From Eledone cirrhosa (taxonomy: Eukaryota), in assembly GCA_964016885.1 (NCBI GenBank), contig OZ024742.1:37138001-37202000 (forward strand): a stretch of DNA of 64,000 nucleotides. Direction: 5' to 3'. Shown one piece after another: positions 25,398-38,000 of the stretch. Position numbers and translations under genes: made by a program. Numbering within the stretch: the first letter of the stretch is position 1; every line of letters starts with the position of its first letter. Under the pieces are notes generated by a model that ran no database searches, was not told the DNA's origin, and worked only from the letters and a program-made list of their open reading frames with translations.

Positions 25398-25398
<1 letters not shown>
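25363..25398 (-). mobile_element. Tail-only RTE family A insertion
   Basis: (CAT)n-CTTTTAACGTCCATCTTCCACGC between (TA)n tracts. Confidence 0.65.
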
Positions 25399-25449
<51 letters not shown>

Positions 25450-25563
25450 AGGGAGTGTAACTTGGAGTTACTGCAGGTTCACCCGGGTGAGCACTCGATG
25501 TTTAGGTTCACTTCTGTGTTGAGGTGTAGAGCTATACAGAGTGTAATATATATATATATATAT

Positions 25564-26554
25564 CAGAGGGTTCTATAGAAATAGTGGACAGCTTCCGTTA
25601 CCTGGGTGACAAAATTAGCAGTGGGGGAGGGTGCTCTGAAAGTACAGTAGCTAGAGTCAGAACTGGATGGAAAAAGTTCAGAGAGCTTATACCACTATTA
25701 GCCGCTAAAGGGTTCTCCCTAAAAATGAAAGGCAGGTTGTACGATGCCTGCATACGAACAGCAATGTTGCATGGCAGTGAGACCTGGGCATTGTGTGCAG
25801 AGGATATACGCAGACTAGAGAGGAACGAAGCTTGCATGCTCCGCTGGATGTGTAATAGTAATATACGTGAACGGCAAAGCATAAACGAACTAAGGAAAAA
25901 ATTAGAAATAAGAGGGATCAGATGTTGTTTACTCGAGAGAAAGCTACGTTGGTATGGTCACGTGATGCGCATGAAGGACGATAGCTGTATAACAAAGTGC
26001 AGGGCAATAAAGATAGACGGTAGCCACGGAGTAGGCAGACCCAGAAAAACCTGGGACGAGCTGATAAATTCCAACCTCATACACTTACACCTCTCCAAGA
26101 CAATGTCACTGGACCGAGACCTTTGGTGGTACTCAGTAATAGAGAAGACCTGCCTTACCTAAATACAAAGTAAAACCTACTACAGTCAGTAGGCATCTCT
26201 AACAAAATACACCCCCCGTCCCACCTCCCCCACCCCATCCACACCGCCCCTTTCAATGTAAAGTTATGTTGGTGCCACAACATCCAGGCCGAAACAAATG
26301 AGATCGTGTAGGTGTCACAACACGAAAAACACACAGTCCACGCTGTAATGTGGCCGTGTAGGCAACACAGTAAAAACCTCCCAGCCCCACACTGTAAATG
26401 TGGTTGGTGTTAGGAAGGGCATCCAGCTGTAGAAAACCCGCCAGACAGTCCTATGCGAGCAATGACAACCACTCTTGCTTCAAGTGGGAAAACTCCCGTC
26501 CAAACCCATGCCAGCGTGGAACATGGACGTTAAACGATGATGATGATGATGATG
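25564..26554 (+). mobile_element. 5'-truncated RTE-clade LINE (family A), young copy
   Basis: ORF 25584-26162 is almost identical to the 13197-14491 copy, with the same 3' UTR and (GAT)n tail. Confidence 0.93.
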
Positions 26555-26572
26555 AGATATATATATATATAT

Positions 26573-27401
26573 ATTTCTTTAAGTCGTTTGGAAGCCTCGA
26601 CAATGCAGATGGGTAAATCTCCGGGTAGCAAGATCCGGTGGTGGAGAGAGAGATAAATGTAAGTGGGTGTTTCCTTTGAGATGCGTGGCGTGTATAAGAC
26701 TGTAGCGTGTAGAGGAATGAAGGAAAGAGCGTAAAGGATAAAAATAAAAATAACAACACGAGAAAGAGTTACCTTGGGAGAAATTTAATTGTCCCTATAT
26801 ATTTTGGATTCACATCCATCAACTGTGTTTTTTTCCGGGGGGGGGGGGGGGGGAAGGTTGTCTGTCGGAAAGGTGCGAAACGTGTCCTCTGCTGTTCGTT
26901 GTTTTGAATATCTGAGGTATTCAGCAGAGCGTGCGTGCGCGTGAAATGGGGGTCAGTCAGGCAGAGGTCAGTGGCCGAAGTAGTTCTTTCAATTGTGGGA
27001 GTGGGGTGGCGCTAGCTGTCAGTCCATAGTATTCTCTGCCTGTTTGGTGAATCTTACTGTGTGTGTGTGTGCATGTTGTTGTCTCACTTGAGTGTGTGTG
27101 TGCGTGTTGCTGCCTGTTTGGTGAATCTTACCCCTCCGGAAAAAACCCCCAGTTGATGGATTTGAATCCTCAAATATATAGGGACAATTAAATCTCTCCC
27201 AAGGTAACTCTTTCTCGTGTTGTTATTTTTATTTTTATCCTTTACGCTCTTTCCTTCATTCCTCTACACGTTACAGTCTTATACACGCCACGTATCTCAA
27301 CGTACACCCACTTACATCTATCTCTCTCTCCACCACCGGATCTTGTTACCCGGAGATTTACCCATCTGCATTGTCGAGGCTTCCAAACGACTTAAAGAAA
27401 T
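26573..27401. mobile_element. Long inverted repeat (arms ~26573-26841 and ~27131-27401, ~290-bp spacer); probable Penelope-like remnant with degenerate hammerhead-like motifs
   Basis: Reverse-complement arms; ORFs 26451-26759(-) and 27217-27615(+) begin with the same peptide. CCC-CAGTTGA-TGGAT..ATCC..AAA-TATA-TA-GGG at 27147-27183 has a mirror copy at 26793-26827. Confidence 0.7.
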
Positions 27402-27516
27402 TTACCTTATTATTCCACAATGCTTCAAGCAAACTTCAATACTCTCATATATATATATATATATATATATACTTTCACCCATGTGGGACATCTCTTTTTT
27501 TTCAAAAATTCATTTT

Positions 27517-27563
<47 letters not shown>

Positions 27564-27654
27564 CCAAAGATTAGTATGGTTCATTGATTACTCAATGAAT
27601 ACAGTTTTACAATAAGATTAGAAGCACTCAACAGTATGTTTTCCTGGAGTTTTT

Positions 27655-27757
27655 AATATTATTCAAAATATTAACAAATGAAATATATTCTCATATATAA
27701 TAAAGTATATTTTTGATTATGAGAATATTTTTCATTTGTTAATATTTTAAATAATAT
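27655..27757. repeat. AT-rich imperfect palindrome (~40-bp arms)
   Basis: ATATTATTCAAAATATTAACAAATGAAATATATTCTCATA pairs with TATGAGAATATTTTTCATTTGTTAATATTTTAAATAATAT. Confidence 0.75.
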
Positions 27758-27769
27758 ATATATATATAT

Positions 27770-27818
27770 CTTGCAAGCAGGGAAAAGCGGACGTATGATG
27801 ATGATGATGATGATGATG
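27770..27818 (+). mobile_element. Tail-only family B-type insertion
   Basis: CTTGCAAGCAGGGAAAAGCGGACGTA(TGA)n after a (TA)n tract. Confidence 0.7.
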
Positions 27819-28370
27819 TGTGTGTAGAGAGAGAGAGAGACATATATAGATACACGTATATATATTCATATATATATAAATACATATATATATACATACA
27901 TATAAATATAGAAATATAAATTAGCGAGAATCGTATTTCGGCTTAGGAATAACGAAAAACAACTTCGTAGATGTGTGGCATGTGCTCGATGATTCAGATG
28001 AATCAGAGCTACAACATACATTAAAGGCCAAACACACTGAGACGATGGTTAAACAAACATCCGCACAACCAAAGAAACGACCAAGTAATTCGGGTCAAAC
28101 AATAAAAATATATGTGATTGAAAATTTACCCGGACCCCTGGAAGGTTGGTAAAATCCAGTATTTGGGTTTCTGCGACTCCTAAATCAACTACTGTCCACT
28201 TACATAAAAAATGTTAGGCTTCTGGTAAGATGATTGAACAAGGAAGCTACTTTATCAACAGGTTTTGTTCTATTGCTAATTCAAAGTATGACTATTACCG
28301 ACCCCACGTGGAGTTCAGCAAAGAATGAATAATAACAGGTAGACATCATAAAAAGGTAATTTATTCTGTG

Positions 28371-28482
28371 TGCTTACAAATGTTTCCACAGTGGTTATAC
28401 AGCCTAGTTATGCTATGTGCAAATTTATAACTATTTGCAAAACTCAATTATCAAGTGCTGTGACCACTGTATCATCAGAGCA
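28371..28482 (-). ncRNA. Type I hammerhead motif with an ~85-nt extended, branched stem II
   Basis: Minus strand: TGCT-CTGATGA-TACAGTGGTCACAGC...GCTGTATAACCACTGTG-GAAA-CATTTG-TA-AGCA. Confidence 0.65.
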
Positions 28483-28801
28483 GAATGGTTAAAATGTAAA
28501 ATGTAAATACCCTTAAGTGAGGTTATTGCGGAAGATAGAGTAGAAAAGAAGGGGAGAGGGAGAGAGAGATATATATATGCAGGGGTTGGAGAAATGGGAG
28601 AGAGTGGTTTGTAGAATACAGATATCTTAATCAAAATGTTGTGGAAGGGGTTTTATACTGGTTACTCTTAAAGCGACAACCTTAAGTGATGCGTTGATAG
28701 TTAAGGTTGGAATTATTTATTGCGACAGAGGGCAGGTTCATAGATGTGGAGAGGGAGGGAGGTGGACCGAGGGCGAGAGATAGAGAGGAGACAGCCGAAA
28801 G

Positions 28802-28847
<46 letters not shown>

Positions 28848-28894
28848 TCACACATTGCTAATCTAATTTATACTTCTTATGTTGGATTTTGAAG

Positions 28895-28968
28895 CAAGAA
28901 TAGACTGTTTAGTAACCACGCATGATGATTTGAAGAGACAACGGATGGAAGTTCTCAATGACGTCATT
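28895..28968 (+). CDS. CCDC178: Internal coding exon (74 nt) of the CCDC178-like gene: (A)RIDCLVTTHDDLKRQRMEVLNDVI
   Basis: TTTTGAAG acceptor and ATT|GTAAGT donor. A phase 1 start and phase 0 end join both neighbouring exons in one open frame. Confidence 0.72.
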
Positions 28969-29028
28969 GTAAGTTGCCTTACACTTGATTATTAGACTGT
29001 TTGGTAATACTCTGTACTACTTGTATTG

Positions 29029-32000
29029 GTGTTACACAACTGTCACTGATGTTACACTACTGACACTATACTGATGTTACACTACTGTCACTCTAGTGAT
29101 GTTACACTACTGTCACTGTCACTGATGTTACACTATGCTCACTGTACTGATGTTACACTACTGTCACTGTACTGATGTTACACTACTGTCACTGTAATGA
29201 TGTTACACTACTGTCACTGATGTTACACTACTGTCACTGTAATGATGTTACACTACTGTAAAGATGTTACATTACTGTCACTGTAGTGACATTACACTAC
29301 TGTCACTGTACCGATGTTACACTACTGACACTGTACTACTGTTACATTACTGTCACGGTAGTGATGTTACACTACTGTCACTGTACTGATGTTACACTAC
29401 TGACACTGTACTGATGTTACATTACTGTCACTGTAGTGACTTTACACTACTGTCACTGTACCGATGTTACACTACTGACACTGTACTGATGTTACATTAC
29501 TGTCACGGTAGTGATGTTACACTAATGTCACTGTAGTGATGTTACACTACTGTCACTGTACTGATGTTACACTACTGTCAATGATGTTACACTACTGTCA
29601 CCGTCACTGTACTGATGTTACACTACTGTCACTGATGTTACATTACTGCCACTGTAATGATGTTACATTACTGTCACTGTACTGATGTTACAATACTGTC
29701 ACTATACTGATGTTACACTACTGTCACTGTACCGATGTTACACTACTGTCACTGATGTTACATTACTGTCACTGTAGTGATGTTACCTTACTGTCACTGT
29801 ACTGATGTTACACTACTGTCACTGTCACTGATGTTACACTACTGTCACTGTAGTGATGTTACACTACTGTCACTGTACTGATGTTAGACTACTGTCACTG
29901 ATGTTACATTACTGCCACTGTTATGTTACACTACTGTCACTGATGTTACATTACTGTCACTGTAATGATGTTACACTACTGTCACTGATGTTACATTACT
30001 GTCACTGTAAAGATGTTACACTACTGTCACTGATGTTACATTACTGCCACTGTAATGATATTACACTACTGTCACTACCGATGTTACAATACTGTCACTG
30101 ATGTTACACTACTGTCACTGTACCGATGTTACACTACTGACACTGTACTGATGTTACATTACTGTCACTGTAGTGATGTTACACTACTGTCACTGTACTG
30201 ATGTTACATTACTGTCACTGTCACTGATGTTACACTACTGTCACTGTAATGATGTTACACTACTGTCACTGATGTTACATTACTGTCACTGTAATGATGT
30301 TACACTTCTGTCACTGATGTTACGTTACTGCCACTGTAATGATATTACACTACTGTCACTGTACCGATGTTACAATACTGTCACTGATATTACACTACTG
30401 TCACTGTACTGACGTTACACTACTGTCACTGTACCGATGTTATACTACTGACACTGTACTGATGTTACACTACTGTCACTGTCACTGATGTTACACTACT
30501 GTCACTGTACCGATGTTATACTACTGACACTGTACTGATGTTACACTACTGTCACTGTAATATTACACTACTGTCACTGTAATGATGTTACACTACTGTC
30601 ACTGTACTGATGTTACACTACTGTCACTGTAGTGATGTTACACTACTGTCACTGTAATGATGTTACACTACTGTCACTGTACTGATGTTACACTACTGTC
30701 ACTGTAATGATGTTACACTATTGTCACTGTACCGATGTTACACTACTGTGACTGTACCGATGTTACACTACTGTCACTGTAGTGATGTTACATTATTGTC
30801 ACTGTAACGATGTTACATTCCTGTCACTGTACCGATGTTACACTACTGTCACTGTACTGATGTTACACTACTGTCACTACTGATGTTACACTACTGTCAC
30901 TGATGTTACACTACTGTCACTGTACTGATACACTACTGTCACTGTCACTGATGTTACACTACTGTCACTGTAATGATGTTACACTACTGTCACTGTAATG
31001 ATTTTACACTACTGTCACTGTAATGATGTTACATTACTGTCACTGTACTGATGTTACACTACTGTCACTGATGTTACACTATTGTCACTGTAATGATGTT
31101 ACACTACTGTCACTGTAATGACGTTACACTACTGTCACTGTCACTGATGTTACACTACTGTCACTGTACCGATGTTATACTACTGACACTGTAGTGATGT
31201 TACACTACTGTCACTAATATTACACTACTGTCACTGTAATGATATTACACTACTGTCATTGTACTGATGTTACATTACTGTCACTGTAGTGATGTTACAC
31301 TACTGTCACTGTAGTGATGTTACAGTACTGTCACTGTACTGATGTTACACTACTGTCACTGTACTGATGTTACACTACTGTCACTATACTGATGTTACAC
31401 TACTGTCACTATACCGATGTTACACTACTGTCACTCTACCGATGTTACACTACTGTCACTGTAGTGATGTTACACTACTGTCACTGTAGTGATGTCACAT
31501 TACTGTCACTGTAACGATGTTACATTCCTGTCACTGTACCGATGTTACACTACTGTCACTGTACTGATGTTACATTACTGTCACTGTACTGATGTTACAC
31601 TACTGTCACTGTAATGATGTTACATTACTGTCACTGTAATGATGTTACATTACTGTCACTGTAATGATGTTACACTACTGTCACTGTACTGATGTTACAT
31701 TACTGTCACTGTACTGATGTTAGAGTACTGTCACTGTACTGATGTTACACTACTGTCACTGTACTGATGTTACACTGCTGTCACTGTAGTGATGTTACAC
31801 TGCTGTCACTGTAGTGATGTTATACTACTGTCACTGTAGTGATGTTATACTACTGTCACTGTAGTGATGTTACACTACTGTCACTGTACTGATGTTACAC
31901 TACTGTCACTGTACTGATGTTACACTACTGTCACTGTACTGATGTTACACTACTGTCACTGTACTGATGTTACAGTACTGTCACTGTACTGATGTTACAC

Positions 32001-35000
32001 TACTGTCACTGTACTGATGTTACACTACTGTCACTATACTGATGTTACACTACTGTCACTGTACCGATGTTACACTACTGACACTGTACTGATGTTACAT
32101 TACTGTCACTGTAGTGATGTTACACTACTGTCACTGTACTGATGTTACACTACTGTCAATGTCACTGATGTTACACTACTGTCACTGTACTGATATTACA
32201 CTACTGTTACTGATGTTACATTACTGTCACTACTGATGTTACACTACTGTCACTGTCACTGATGTTACATTACTGCCACTGTAATGATGTTACACTATTG
32301 TCACTACTGTCACTGTAGTGATGTTACACTACTGTCACTGTACTGATATTACACTACTGTCACTGATGTTACATTACTGTCACTGTAGTGATGTTACACT
32401 ACTGTCACTGTCACTGATGTTACATTACTGCCACTGTAATGATGTTACACTACTGTCACTGTACCGATGTTACACTACTGACACTGTACTGATGTTACAC
32501 TACTGTCACTGTACTGATGTTACACTACTGTCACTGTACTGATGTTACACTACTGTCACTGTAGTGATGTTACACTACTGTCACTGTACTGATGTTACAC
32601 TACTGTCACTGTACTGATGTTACACTACTGTCACTGTAATGATGTTACACTACTGTCACTGATGTTACACTACTGTCACTGTAATGATGTTACACTACTG
32701 TAAAGATGTTACATTACTGTCACTGTAGTGACATTACACTACTGTCACTGTACCGATGTTACACTACTGACACTGTACTACTGTTACATTACTGTCACGG
32801 TAGTGATGTTACACTACTGTCACTGTACTGATGTTACACTACTGACACTGTACTGATGTTACATTACTGTCACTGTAGTGACTTTACACTACTGTCACTG
32901 TACCGATGTTACACTACTGACACTGTACTGATGTTACATTACTGTCACGGTAGTGATGTTACACTAATGTCACTGTAGTGATGTTACACTACTGTCACTG
33001 TACTGATGTTACACTACTGTCAATGATGTTACACTACTGTCACCGTCACTGTACTGATGTTACACTACTGTCACTGATGTTACATTACTGCCACTGTAAT
33101 GATGTTACATTACTGTCACTGTACTGATGTTACAATACTGGCACTATACTGATGTTACACTACTGTCACTGTACCGATGTTACACTACTGTCACTGATGT
33201 TACATTACTGTCACTGTAGTGATGTTACCTTACTGTCACTGTACTGATGTTACACTACTGTCACTGTCACTGATGTTACACTACTGTCACTGTAGTGATG
33301 TTACACTACTGTCACTGTACTGATGTTAGACTACTGTCACTGATGTTACATTACTGCCACTGTTATGTTACACTACTGTCACTGATGTTACATTACTGTC
33401 ACTGTAATGATGTTACACTACTGTCACTGATGTTACATTACTGTCACTGTAAAGATGTTACACTACTGTCACTGATGTTACATTACTGCCACTAATGATA
33501 TTACACTACTGTCACTACCGATGTTACAATACTGTCACTGATGTTACACTACTGTCACTGTACCGATGTTACACTACTGACACTGTACTGATGTTACATT
33601 ACTGTCACTGTAGTGATGTTACACTACTGTCACTGTACTGATGTTACATTACTGTCACTGTCACTGATGTTACACTACTGTCACTGTAATGATGTTACAC
33701 TACTGTCACTGATGTTACATTACTGTCACTGTAATGATGTTACACTTCTGTCACTGATGTTACGTTACTGCCACTGTAATGATATTACACTACTGTCACT
33801 GTACCGATGTTACAATACTGTCACTGATATTACACTACTGTCACTGTACTGACGTTACACTACTGTCACTGTACCGATGTTATACTACTGACACTGTACT
33901 GATGTTACACTACTGTCACTGTCACTGATGTTACACTACTGTCACTGTACCGATGTTATACTACTGACACTGTACTGATGTTACACTACTGTCACTGTAA
34001 TATTACACTACTGTCACTGTAATGATGTTACACTACTGTCACTGTACTGATGTTACACTACTGTCACTGTAGTGATGTTACACTACTGTCACTGTAATGA
34101 TGTTACACTACTGTCACTGTACTGATGTTACACTACTGTCACTGTAATGATGTTACACTATTGTCACTGTACCGATGTTACACTACTGTGACTGTACCGA
34201 TGTTACACTACTGTCACTGTAGTGATGTTACATTATTGTCACTGTAACGATGTTACATTCCTGTCACTGTACCGATGTTACACTACTGTCACTGTACTGA
34301 TGTTACACTACTGTCACTACTGATGTTACACTACTGTCACTGATGTTACACTACTGTCACTGTACTGATACACTACTGTCACTGTCACTGATGTTACACT
34401 ACTGTCACTGTAATGATGTTACACTACTGTCACTGTAATGATTTTACACTACTGTCACTGTAATGATGTTACATTACTGTCACTGTACTGATGTTACACT
34501 ACTGTCACTGATGTTACACTATTGTCACTGTAATGATGTTACACTACTGTCACTGTAATGACGTTACACTACTGTCACTGTCACTGATGTTACACTACTG
34601 TCACTGTACCGATGTTATACTACTGACACTGTAGTGATGTTACACTACTGTCACTAATATTACACTACTGTCACTAATGATATTACACTACTGTCATTGT
34701 ACTGATGTTACATTACTGTCACTGTAGTGATGTTACACTACTGTCACTGTAATGATGTTACACTACTGTCACTGTAGTGATGTTACAGTACTGTCACTGT
34801 ACTGATGTTACACTACTGTCACTGTACTGATGTTACACTACTGTCACTATACTGATGTTACACTACTGTCACTATACCGATGTTACACTACTGTCACTCT
34901 ACCGATGTTACACTACTGTCACTGTAGTGATGTTACACTACTGTCACTGTAGTGATGTTACATTACTGTCACTGTAACGATGTTACATTCCTGTCACTGT

Positions 35001-38000
35001 ACCGATGTTACACTACTGTCACTGTACTGATGTTACATTACTGTCACTGTACTGATGTTACACTACTGTCACTGTAATGATGTTACATTACTGTCACTGT
35101 AATGATGTTACATTACTGTCACTGTAATGATGTTACACTACTGTCACTGTACTGATGTTACATTACTGTCACTGTACTGATGTTAGAGTACTGTCACTGT
35201 ACTGATGTTACACTACTGTCACTGTACTGATGTTACACTGCTGTCACTGTAGTGATGTTACACTGCTGTCACTGTAGTGATGTTATACTACTGTCACTGT
35301 AGTGATGTTATACTACTGTCACTGTAGTGATGTTACACTACTGTCACTGTACTGATGTTACACTACTGTCACTGTACTGATGTTACACTACTGTCACTGT
35401 ACTGATGTTACACTACTGTCACTGTACTGATGTTACAGTACTGTCACTGTACTGATGTTACACTACTGTCACTGTACTGATGTTACACTACTGTCACTAT
35501 ACTGATGTTACACTACTGTCACTGTACCGATGTTACACTACTGACACTGTACTGATGTTACATTACTGTCACTGTAGTGATGTTACACTACTGTCACTGT
35601 ACTGATGTTACACTACTGTCAATGTCACTGATGTTACACTACTGTCACTGTACTGATATTACACTACTGTTACTGATGTTACATTACTGTCACTGTACTG
35701 ATGTTACACTACTGTCACTGATGTTACATTACTGCCACTGTAATGATGTTACACTACTGTCACTACTGTCACTAGTGATGTTACACTACTGTCACTGTAC
35801 TGATATTACACTACTGTCACTGATGTTACATTACTGTCACTGTAGTGATGTTACACTACTGTCACTGTCACTGATGTTACATTACTGCCACTGTAATGAT
35901 GTTACACTACTGTCACTGTACCGATGTTACACTACTGACACTGTACTGATGTTACACTACTGTCACTGTACTGATGTTACACTACTGTCACTGTACTGAT
36001 GTTACACTACTGTCACTGTAGTGATGTTACACTACTGTCACTGTACTGATGTTACACTACTGTCACTGTAATGATGTTACACTACTGTCACTGTACTGAT
36101 GTTACATTACTGTCACTGTAGTGATGTTACACTACTGTCACTGTAATGATGTTACACTACTGTCACTGTAGTGATGTTACACTACTGTCACTGTACTGAT
36201 GTTACACTACTGTCACTGTACTGATGTTACACTACTGTCACTGTACTGATGTTACACTACTGTCACTATACCGATGTTACACTACTGTCACTCTACCGAT
36301 GTTACACTACTGTCACTGTAGTGATGTTACACTACTGTCACTGCAGTGATGTTACATTACTGTCACTGTAACGATGTTACATTCCTGTCACTGTACCGAT
36401 GTTACACTACTGTCACTGTACTGATGTTACATTACTGTCACTGTACTGATGTTACACTACTGTCACTGTAATGATGTTACATTACTGTCACTGTAATGAT
36501 GTTACATTACTGTCACTGTAATGATGTTACACTACTGTCACTGTAATGATGTTACACTACTGTCACTGTACTGATGTTACATTACTGTCACTGTACTGAT
36601 AGAGTACTGTCACTGTACTGATGTTACACTACTGTCACTGTACTGATGTTACACTACTGTCACTGTACTGATGTTACACTACTGTCACTATACTGATGTT
36701 ACACTGCTGTCACTGTACTGATGTTACACTGCTGTCACTGTAGTGATGTTATACTACTGTCACTGTAGTGATGTTACACTACTGTCACTGTACTGATGTT
36801 ACACTACTGTCACTGTAATGATGTTACACTACTGTCACTGTAATGATTTTACACTACTGTCACTGTACTGATGTTACACTACTGTCACTGTACTGATGTT
36901 ACACTACTGTCACTGTACTGATGTTACACTACTGTCACTGTACTGATGTTACACTACTGTCACTGTACCGATGTTACACTACTGTCACTGTATTGATGTT
37001 ACATTACTGTCACTGTAATGATGTTACATTACTGTCACTGTAATGATGTTACACTACTGTCACTGTACTGATGTTACACTACTGTCACTGTAATGATTTT
37101 CCACTACTGTCACTGTCACTGATGTTACACTACTGTCACTGTACTGATGTTACACTACTGTCACTGTACTGATGTTACACTACTGTCACTGTCACTGATG
37201 TTACACTGCTGGCACTGTACTGATGTTACACTACTGTCACTGTAGTGATGTTACACTGCTGTCACTGTACTGATGTTACACTACTGTCACTGATGTTACA
37301 CTACTGTCTCTGTACTGATGTTACACTGCTGTCACTGTACTGATGTTACACTACTGTCACTGTACTGATGTTACACTACTGTCACTGTCACTGATGTTAC
37401 ACTACTGTCACTGTCACTGATGTTACACTACTGTCACTGTAGCGATGTTACACTACTGTCACTGATGTTACATTACTGCCACTGTAATGATATTACACTA
37501 CTGTCACTGTACCGATGTTACAATACTGTCACTGATGTTACACTACTGTCACTGTAGTGATGTTACATTACTGTCACTGTAATGATGTTACACTACTGTC
37601 ACTGTACTGATGTTACATTACTGTCACTGTACTGATGTTAGAGTACTGTCACTGTACTGATGTTACACTACTGTCACTGTACTGATGTTACACTACTGTC
37701 ACTGTACTGATGTTACACTACTGTCACTGTACTGATGTTACACTACTGTCACTATACTGATGTTACACTACTGTCACTGTACCGATGTTACACTACTGAC
37801 ACTGTACCGATGTTACATTACTGTCACTGTAGTGATGTTACACTACTGTCACTGTACTGACATTACACTACTGTTACTGATGTTACATTACTGTCACTGT
37901 ACTGATGTTACACTACTGTCACTGTCACTGATGTTACATTACTGCCACTGTAATGATGTTACACTACTGTCACTACTGTCACTGTAGTGATGTTACACTA

